This document shows, one piece after another, positions 55,001 through 64,000 of a stretch of 64,000 nt of DNA; within the stretch, counting starts at the first letter, position 1, and every line of letters starts with the position of its first letter. Both the position numbers and the translations under genes were made by a program. Below the pieces are notes generated by a model, which saw nothing but the letters and a program-made list of their open reading frames with translations, did not search any database and had not been told where the DNA came from. The stretch comes from Bugula neritina (taxonomy: Eukaryota; Animalia; Bryozoa): positions 6,086,729-6,150,728 of the forward strand of contig OZ037770.1 of assembly GCA_964035545.1 (NCBI GenBank), in the 5' to 3' direction.

Positions 55001-58000
55001 ACGCACCTTAGTTTATAGAAGTGCCTTTCAGCATGTTCCGCTACTAATGATCTGCCTGAAACAAGTCTCAATGTTTCAGGCAAGTGCACTGAAAGGCAAT
55101 GGAAGGGCATCCCAAACATAGCGCGCTTGGTGCAAGTTTCTGGGTTTTCAAATAGTTCCATGCACTTGATGGCAAAAAGAAAACTCTGATTATATGCCCT
55201 GAGGATTGTTCTAGGGCATCTATTAGTGTCACACATGTATGCCAAACTTTGCAGTTCTGTCAATGCTGCCAGCATAACGTACATGGCTCTCCCATCTTTA
55301 GTGTGCTGGAAATCTTGTAGCATGATGGTGACTTTCACCAAATTAAGCCTGCATTCTGTTCCCTTCATTTCTCTATTTTGAGCTGAAATTCATGTTTGTA
55401 TAGGTTTATAATTGTTTTTGAAATGGCTATTTAATTTTGATATGGACAATAATGAAAATGTGTGTTAGCAATTTCTACTAGCAAGTTAGAATCTCTACTC
55501 ACCTTCAATGTCTGAAACAAGATTAGTCAATTTTTCCTTGAGTTCTTTATTCTTTGCAGCTTTAGGTAGCTCTTTTAAAATTTTGTTGATAACATTTTTT
55601 AGATCATGTAATGGTTCTATTGATGAAATTTCGTAGCTGCCTATATCGATCTGTGATTCCAGCTTAGTACAAAGAAGAGCAGGAGGCCTTTTCACACCTG
55701 TAAAGTAGGTATTTAGAAACTGATGTGAGACTAAAGTTATATTCCTAACTAAGTTTTTCGTAAGGATTATATATACATGTGTGCGCCCACAGTAGCTTGT
55801 GTGGGTCTATACATAACAATGAATCGCTACTTTCACTAGATGCAAAACTATGATTGGATGAAGATTCATTCTATGTTACTATAGCTTCATGCAGCCCATA
55901 TTTTTTGTATGTATCTCATCCAACAACGCTGTAACCACATATAGTTTAAACTTATCATTCTAAATTTTCTGACCTTTTAGGCTAACATTCAAAATTCTTC
56001 TTAGTCCTGAAACGTTCTCTGCACTTGGATAGGCAATCCCTCTGTGAAACAATTCATTCCTGAGCTCTTCAGTCTGAAAAAGTGTAATTATTGCTGCTCA
56101 TATATAAATGTATTACATGGAAGTGCCGTTTCTACCAGCCAGTGTTTATTTAAAACTCAGCTTAATTTCATACCTTCATTGTCTGAAAGACTGCTAGGTT
56201 CCCTTTACTAAAACCATGTTCCCATGTTTTTGTCTTATGGAGCAGCTGAAGGCAGTCTTGTGAACTATAGAAAGCTCCTTCTTGGCTATATTTGCTAGTG
56301 TTACTGAAGTAAATGTCTTGGGTGCCACACATACATGGGAACATTCCTGAACATACATATGCATGTTTTCATCAAGTTTCATCATAAATAATATAATTTC
56401 TTGTAAATATGTATTCTTTTTGGGGAATTTATACATGGAATAAGTCAAACATGTATTGTTATAAATTGTAGCAAAAGCTATCTTGTATTTCATCCTGTGT
56501 GAACAATATTTTATAGTTTATCACTCTTACCTCCACATTGCTGCCCAGCTTCTAGTTGTCTTGCTGGACTATCACCAGAAAAAAATCTTAGTTTGTCAGT
56601 AAATGTTCGTCCATCTTTTGAGCTAATTTTTTCCTCCAATTCTCTAAGGTCTTCTAGTCGAGTAGGGATATAAAGAAGTTGATCCTTAACGGAAGAGTTC
56701 GATTGGGCAAGTAGATAGATGTAAGGTGATTCCACCACTGATTGTACATTGACTGGTGTTTCCTGAATTTGCATAAAGTAAACATTTATGTTTCAAAATA
56801 TTTTGGTGTATTTCAACACTTGTTCTTTAAAGCCATAACACCTAGTCATTAGTAATTGCTATTACCAAAGACTAAACAACACTTGTAATACTGTAGTAAG
56901 AACTTGGCTTATTGAAGCAATTTTAATTCAAATAAAATGACCCTAATTGAAATGTGTTCTATATCGAGCTTGCATAATTCTATCAGCTTACTTTGCAGTT
57001 CATCTTTGAAAACTCTTCATCTGTATAGTATGTACATGGGTCGTACAAAAACCATACCATGAACAAGTAGTGGCTTTTACCTGAAAAAAATACATATGAG
57101 ATATGTTGGTGAACAGCTTGATTATGTAACTAACATTTATTTGTACAAAAATACATGAATAAATAAATGTTTACCAGCAATTTCTGAATGGTCATGCCAC
57201 AAAACCATACTTCTACTTTGCGAGGCTTCTTTAAGGCGGTCCTTGGGGCTGTCCATACTGCCAACCACTATCCCTAAACATTTAATAGTAATTATTTTAA
57301 AAAATTGCATTCAATGTGATTGCGCATTCCAGATTGATTTTTTATGGTAGTTTTAGGGGGCGCAGCAATATTCAGAAGGTGCATTGCTCCAAAGATGCAT
57401 TAGTCCAAAAATTAGTAGAAATATAATTAGAATTAAAATTATTTAATGAACGTTTCAAAAAAGTTGCTCTGAGCAACAGGAAAATCTACAACATGGTTAT
57501 CAAATTTTAGTTTAGGTGAGGTTTTATTTGGCAGACCTGAACTCTTATATACTAATAATGTTGCTCTCATCTACATATCTTGTGGGGTTGTTTGGTTTGG
57601 TGTGCAGCTTTGGTTATTTAATTTTAGAGTAGCTGCAAGATGTTTATTCTTTTTGTCTCCAATGCTTGTATTTACTGGTATTAAGAATAATAGCATAGGC
57701 CATAGAATAATGCAGTTTAGCAGCTTACAAATAATTTTAGAGATTAAATATGTGATATCAAATAATAGACTGCCAAGCCAGACACTTACTATTTCATTCA
57801 ATGCCAATAATATTTTGACACCAACTTCAAATGCAAACTATTTTTTATAAAATATGAGATAAACTTTTTCCAAGCTTATCATAAATGCAGTACAGTAGAC
57901 CCAAAATGTTTGCTTGGCTTTAATATTTTTTACTTTAGTTTTTCAGTTAATAGTCAACATATGAAGGGCCTATATAAGCTGACTGACTGTAACTAGAATA

Positions 58001-59349
58001 GAATTGCAGTCACTACAGCCATTGAACTGGCTATTTTGAGTTCATTGCCTATATAGCTGTCATTTTTATATAAACTGTGAAATAAAAATACTTCTGATAT
58101 CACCCTTGCACAACTTTTCATGCTTCAGTGAACACTTGGAGATGAAGAGAAACTAATGCATAGATTACTAATTACAGGCTTGCTAGCTGACGGGCTAATG
58201 AATAGCTTGCTATGTACTTAGTTTATGGAGCAGCCACAATGGAATGTTGATAGATGATGGAGCCCTTAATTGAGGCAGCATCATAGCGTAATCTCAGGCT
58301 AAAAAATTACAAGCTAGCAATAATATAGCAAGATTGTGAGTGAAATTTATGATATTCTCAGTGGTATAATACTATATCTACTAATTTTCGAAATAATGCA
58401 CTTTCGGAGCAATGGGCCTTCGGAATATTGACTAAATTTATTTGGTCTCAGTCTAAAAAAGCTTATCTCTAAAAAGATGACAGAAATCTTGAGGCTTCTT
58501 TGATTTCCACAAGGCATGAATATTTTGAGATAAGCCTTGCTCCACATTGCAAGCATTTTAGCTGTAAATATCTTTTTTGGTTCAAATAAAGTTTTCTATA
58601 TCTATTGCAGCACTAGTTGTGATTTATGTAGCTTATAAATCTCAAAAGTCATAGAATGTTATTTATTTATTTGTAGAACAAGTATTAAAGACAAATGAGC
58701 CTCTGGATACTTTATTTAAATCCTACCATTTCTCTCCAGGAAAGCTAGTGAATCTACTACAGACATCTTTTCTATGTCAGCTGCAGATCTTAAAATCTTC
58801 AGCTTCTCCATTCTGGCGAGATGATCTCTTCGTATGTTTAGAAGAGAGAACTTTCTACCAGATACCTCTTTTTTAGATTTGACCTGCAAAATTAAAGAAT
58901 GATATACGAAATACTTTAAATAATAATTAGATAAAGTAAGAAATGATAACATCAGTCCTTTATACTTACTGTAACATAGTACAAGTGTGTTGAAAAGCTC
59001 AGTTATTGACTTTAGGAGTAATCAACCTACCAATGTGCCATTTGATTGAACTTGTACAGTCTGGTATTCTATTGGTACTATGGCTTTCCCAACATCAATC
59101 TCTCCGTTGTCTATCATCTGCTTCTTCTTTATTTTTAGCCTAGTTACAGAAGCTTTTCGTTTGATATTTAGACTGAGATTTTTGTAATTTAGCCATGAGA
59201 TTCGGGTTTTTGGCTTTCTTTTTACAGGATACTTCAAAACATGTTCTGCGATTTCTTTCATAACCTGGTAAACAAATCAATACACTCCTGTTTCATAGAT
59301 GATAAATGTACTGCATTTGCAAATATTACTTTTGCTCAACTTCTATGAC

Positions 59350-59392
<43 letters not shown>

Positions 59393-62300
59393 TAAGTATA
59401 TATCATGTTTGTGTGCAATTTATGTTTTTGGAAGATCCATCAAAGATGAAATAAAGTAATGGTGATAATCTTGTCAAACTTTTTCTGCATAGATAACATA
59501 TTTAGAATAAAAATGGTAACTCTATCAAAAAAGTAATTATCAGCAGTAGTTACAATTTGATTAAGTCTTACCTGGCCTGCGTTTCTAGGAGCTTTATTGT
59601 TGGCATTTTTCAAGTTTGCTGACTTGCTTAGAGCTGACCAATTTATGTCCTCGTTTTCTTTTAAAGCTGATTTTAGAACTATTTCATTGAATGTATAATC
59701 AGTTAGTCTGCCGGTGTGTGATTTCTTTCTGTTTTGCCTCATTTCACCAAATGATCGTTTTCTTTGCACATCCCACTCTGATTGTGATTGCTTAGATGCA
59801 TAGAGCGATATGAAATCTTTATTAGTGGTTTCATCATTCATTTCATCATTGGCAGACTTGATGATGGCTCTGCGAACCTTCTTAGGGACGGAGTCAACTG
59901 TCACTGCTTTACGCTTTGAGCCAATAGATAACTTTGCTGAGAAGGGTGTTCTTTTTAATTTTTCTGTGACTGGTTTTATTACATTAATAACAAAATCATC
60001 CACCACAGTAGCAGTTATCTCAGTCGGTGTCTTGTCCAATACAGCTTTTAAAGAATTCAAAGCAGTTTTAGCAGGAGTCTCTAGATGGCATTTGTTGCTT
60101 CTTTTCATTATCCACATTGGTCTATGGTTTTCAGCACATTCTAGACAATTATTGTAGTTGTGCTTTAGTTTACTTGCTGCTGACAGCTTCTTGAAGTTTT
60201 GAAATGAGAAATAGGAAACAAACTTATCCTTTTCTTTCTCCTTATTATTATTAACGTAGGATAGGGCTTTATTAAAATGCTTACTAGCTTGCTTTCTTCT
60301 TCTACTATAATCCCTGGCAGTTAATCCTTTTGTGATTTTAAATTCTCTGTTGAAATGTTCTACTTCAGCACCTGATTTAAGGTGTCTAAAGTAAATTATT
60401 GCTAAAAATCCACACTGATTCTCATTGTAATCTTTCCCCATGGCTATCTTGTTTGTAACTGAACTGAATAACCCTGCACTGAGTCAGAAAAGGCGCAATT
60501 TTTGTATTTTAGTAATTCCAAGCAGCAACTCCTCCTACGTAATGCAACCACAAAAACAACAGGTTGTGTGGGTCTGGCTGTAGCAAATATTGATTATAGC
60601 TATCGAAAACAGCACCCTAGCTAATTGTATGACCACAATGGTTTAAGGCAGAATTTAGAAGTTTTGATGTGACTGTCATAGGTCATCAGCTTAAAAACCA
60701 AATGTCTGTGGTTTAATTCCAAATTTGGGCAACAAGTTTTATAATGGAAAGTTTATATATAAGCATTATTGATTAGCATTAGTTTAAGTTTTGCATTGCT
60801 GATTTTTATATCAATTAAATTTTTGATATTTTAACCTAAGTACTCATGACTTGAATTCCTAAATTCCCTCTATTATATTGCATAGATGCACCAACCTAGT
60901 TAAATTACCAATTAACAAGTAAACTGCCATCACTAAAGTCAGCTTCTTACAAGGTTCAAGTGGCCCCAGTATATTATTTATTATTTTCACTAAACTAGTT
61001 AAATGTTAAAACATATGTATGTATGTTTGGGATACAAAATTAGCCGTAAACCCATAACCATACTATGTTTCTCATATTGATATTTTTCACAATGCTATAC
61101 CTTACTAAGCAGTGCCACTGTGTTTGATGAGTCATATCATCACTATTTGCTGCTTTGATTAAAAAGATGTAGAACTAGAACTGCCTTCTCTCACAGAAAG
61201 TGTTACAGTCATGCCAATGGCATCTATGGATAGAAAGCTAATAGTCAATAATATCAACCTTAGTTTAAAAGGGAGTACAATTTAGATTATTTGTTACATA
61301 GCCATTCTGAAAAAATCTCCCACAAGGTAACTATAGATTAAAAAAGTATTGAGGGCTTTTGTAATCCAACTGGGTAAAACAGAATAATTTAAAGGGATAT
61401 TAATTTCAATCACCTTCATATTATATGAAGTACAAAATTTAGATGTCACATAGATAATGTAAAATTTGCACTATTTTAAATAATATTATTAAGCTATAAC
61501 TTGATGAGAAGAGAATGCCATGTTGCAATACATGCAGCCTATGATAAATTGATGATAATTAACCACAGACACTGAGTAAACCCAACATTGATTGCACAAA
61601 TAATAATAGTTCGAAGAGGTGCAGCTCTAGTAGATGTGGCTGTTTATTGGTCACAGCTAAACCTCATGCTATATTATGATTAGTAGGCAACACGCATACC
61701 GCCCACAGAGAAACATTAATTAAGAACTGAGACTATAAATTCATCATATTTATGTGAAGGATGCCCTTAACTATCCTGTGAGTCGGGAAGAAACTCAAGT
61801 CATGTCTAACTGGAGGCTCCTCATTACTGAACAATTCTTTCTTCACGTATTTCCTGTATGAGAATATCATGTGGTATGAGTGTGGCTCAGTAGCTTTGAT
61901 ATTTTGATCTTATAGATAGTAGGCTATACAAGTGTTAAATAGCGTCTAGGTTTTAACACTTTTAAAATAGTCTAACGTTATCAGACAACTGAACGGTAAG
62001 GCAGTTTCAAAATCAAACACAACAAACATGGTTAAAACAACTGTGACAAAAACCAATAACACTCAAGTTTCTATAATACAAAATGTCCTGCAAATTTTTC
62101 TACTAGAAGTATTTCTGAGACTATGTTGTATCCCTAATACTGATAGAAAATGTTCATAAAGTTTAGGGAGGACTAGATAACAAGATTTCATGCTGAAGTA
62201 TTAGTGGTTATATTTTATCAGGTTTAGAGCCACATGACTATTCTAAGCATTTTGAGCTGCAGTCCTGACAGTCAATCATGTAGGACAAAAACTGATACAG

Positions 62301-63444
62301 ACTTATTTTATGGACAGACATGATTCTGTCTTGAGAACTGTTTGCTCACCTCAGCATCTTCCTAACAGTAGTCACATGGTGTATACCAGAGGAGACAATA
62401 TCTCTAATCTTATTGGCTACAGGAGGAGAAAGTCTGGTATTTCTTCTTTCTAAAATACAAAAGAGGAATATGAGAATATATTAGGAAACCATACCATAGG
62501 TTTACCCTCCAAGTTGAGTTGAAGGAAAGCAGCAAGAAAGAAACACCATTTCTCTACAAACTCCGGACAGTGGGAGTAGGAAGCTCTGCACCAACCTCAG
62601 CCCCACCCACATCTGATCAGTTGATGAAAACTGTTCTAAGAGGACTGCTGGAACAGCAGAAACTTCATATTTATTACAGAACCTAATCCTATCAAACAGA
62701 CACAGCCTTGACAACTACTTAACATTACTCTCACTGTAACAATAACAATAACTGATTCTTCAGGCACTGTAGTTCCATTCCTTCGAATGAATCTGCATTG
62801 ATTTGTACACATAGGTTTGTGGTTGTGGTTTGCATTCACTCATGGTTGTGGTTTTATTGGATACAAATCTTCTCAAGAAACATTTATTGTATAATGCAAA
62901 GCAATGGAAATGCAGTAACTAGCAGAGGAGAGAGTTTGACTTGGGCATATAAAGGTATGTTACAGTTGAACTGACCTGGTGGAGACACATTGTACGTCCT
63001 GGTGATGAGAGGTCGCTTAGTTAAGGTGGAATCTGCAGTGTGATACTCGTGTGCCGCAGTAGTTGGTAGCTGCAGATAATGCCTGCAGTACAAAAATGTT
63101 CCAGATATGTTCTAGAAACACCATAGTATACAGGAAATAGTTAACTGTATAGCAATACAGCACACAGATACAACATAAAACTAAATTATAAACTATTCCT
63201 GACAATGTTTGATGGATAGTGTAATAGTATAATGAAGAAAATGCACCGAGCCATCCCAGTGCCAAAAAGGTAGGGACGTACCGCTCCTCCCCGCCTTCAC
63301 TGAACCCCTGTTCCTTCAGAACCTGAAACGCTCTGTCCATCAGCTGTTTGAGCACTTTCCTGTTAACGTCTGTTGGAACTGAGCAGTTTGGGAATTTGCG
63401 TACTTTCTTCACATAAATACGAGCTGGACAAGCGTGTTTGTAGT
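49070..63444 (-). CDS. CARF: Calcium-responsive transcription factor-like gene, 5'-incomplete, with a coding exon interrupted by a transposon
   Basis: Exons 63444-63282 (CPARIYVKKVRKFP..VPTD), 63082-62976 (HYLQLPTTAAHEYH), 62449-62350 (RLSPPVANKIRDIVSSG), 61853-61781 plus 51498-51427 (HDLSFFPT|VSDLKNHIH) resemble the CARF/ALS2CR8 domain as I recall it; 3' exons 51011-50921, 50791-50624, 49585-49458 and beyond are tentative. Confidence 0.8.
49306..49423. repeat. 23-bp tandem repeat TACTTAGTATCATATATACTGTA, about 5 copies
   Basis: Seen directly. Confidence 0.85.
49694..50072. mobile_element. MITE with about 40-bp TIRs
   Basis: AAAGCCTGGCCTCACAATCGTGAGAATCA...TGATTCTCACGATCGCAAGGCCAGGCTTT. Confidence 0.75.
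50779..50908 (-). repeat. Minisatellite of six 21-25 bp units that reiterate a splice acceptor
   Basis: Minus-strand unit GTCACATGATCTCTCTC(C/TA)CCAG. Confidence 0.85.
53002..60441 (-). CDS. Intron-rich DDE transposase with RAG1/Transib/CMC-like motifs
   Basis: Phase-compatible exons 60441-59572, 59264-59031, 58883-58727, 57273-57175, 57080-56992, 56762-56531, 56346-56174, 56073-55974, 55697-55503, 55382-55007, 54841-54659 and 54548-54378; WHDH, SGDSPAR..GGMFPCMC, IEPLHD, FHCLSVHLPE..EHAERHF; exons below 54378 are uncertain. Confidence 0.8.
57362..58435. mobile_element. Possible degenerate inverted-repeat element in a transposase intron
   Basis: CAATATTCAGAAGGTGCATTGCTCC..AAAATTAGTAGA is matched in inverted form at about 58370-58430. 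Confidence 0.45.
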
Positions 63445-64000
63445 CTGTAATCAGTATTATAATATTATTATGATTAATTAATATTTTATATACCCAACTG
63501 TTTATGTAATCTAGTATGTTTAAAATAAACCTAATGGGGGTTTGATATTAGTTTAACGCACACACAAAGCAATTCTTAGCTTATAACACTTGATAGTACC
63601 CACAAAACTATGTATGAGATTCGGAAAGAGGGTAAAACTGTGTTATATTCTACACGTGTACATTATACTACAGAGTGTATATACAACTTGACATCAGAGA
63701 AGAAAGATTAGAAGGAAAACTATCCAAATAAACATGCACATCATCTTGATTGGCACTAATAAAAAAAAGATTTGAATGTTAAAAACTGTCTTATATTTCC
63801 AATAGCAGATAAAAATAGACAGAAAAAGTTATCATTTTTGTAACACAAATACAGCTAAAAGCTCGTTCTATATAGCTAAATAGGGGAGTATAACTGCTAC
63901 TTCACTGCATATACTTTGATTAACAAGTTACTAGATGATATGGGGAAAGAGCAGTGAGCTATGAAGTTAGTTTCATGAAGATTATCAGACACCAGTATAG

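Larger units (their letters stand above)
51501..61780 (-). mobile_element. 10280-bp cut-and-paste DNA transposon (CMC/Transib-like) with CACAG ends and a 2-bp TSD
   Basis: TIR CACAGGATAGTTAAGGGCA(A/T)CCTT at both ends; AG duplicated at 51499-51500 and 61781-61782; removing it restores the CARF reading frame. Confidence 0.92.

Noticed and set aside
62502-62839. Extra CARF exons from ORFs 62502-62714 and 62636-62839
   Set aside because: Exon 62976 splices in phase directly to 62449 and these ORFs show no recognisable similarity; unresolved without RNA data

Overview
AT-rich animal (invertebrate-like) genomic DNA containing two convergent spliced host genes and many mobile elements. (1) Plus strand, 3971-45681, 5' end probably upstream of the window: a gene with 12 paralogous 138-bp, phase 2-2 exons that each encode two leucine-rich repeats. 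They are followed by one large LRR-ROC GTPase-COR exon and seven exons encoding an acidic linker and a complete caspase-fold domain whose catalytic Cys is replaced by Ser (EASSG in place of QACRG). The joined exons read through as one frame of about 1590 codons. This LRR-cassette/ROCO/pseudocaspase protein is the main candidate for an undescribed diversifying immune-receptor system. Its introns hold a Gypsy LTR element, a full-length 14.6-kb Maverick/Polinton with TIRs and a 6-bp TSD, Penelope-like fragments with hammerhead ribozymes, two double-hammerhead palindromes, LINEs and MITEs. (2) Minus strand, about 49070-63444: a CARF (calcium-responsive transcription factor)-like gene. One of its coding exons is split by a 10.3-kb DNA transposon with CACAG termini, a 2-bp TSD and an apparently intact, intron-rich RAG1/Transib/CMC-like transposase. 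The Maverick genes carry giant-virus-like TAAATG and AAAATTGA motifs. Everything was read by eye; no database searches were run.
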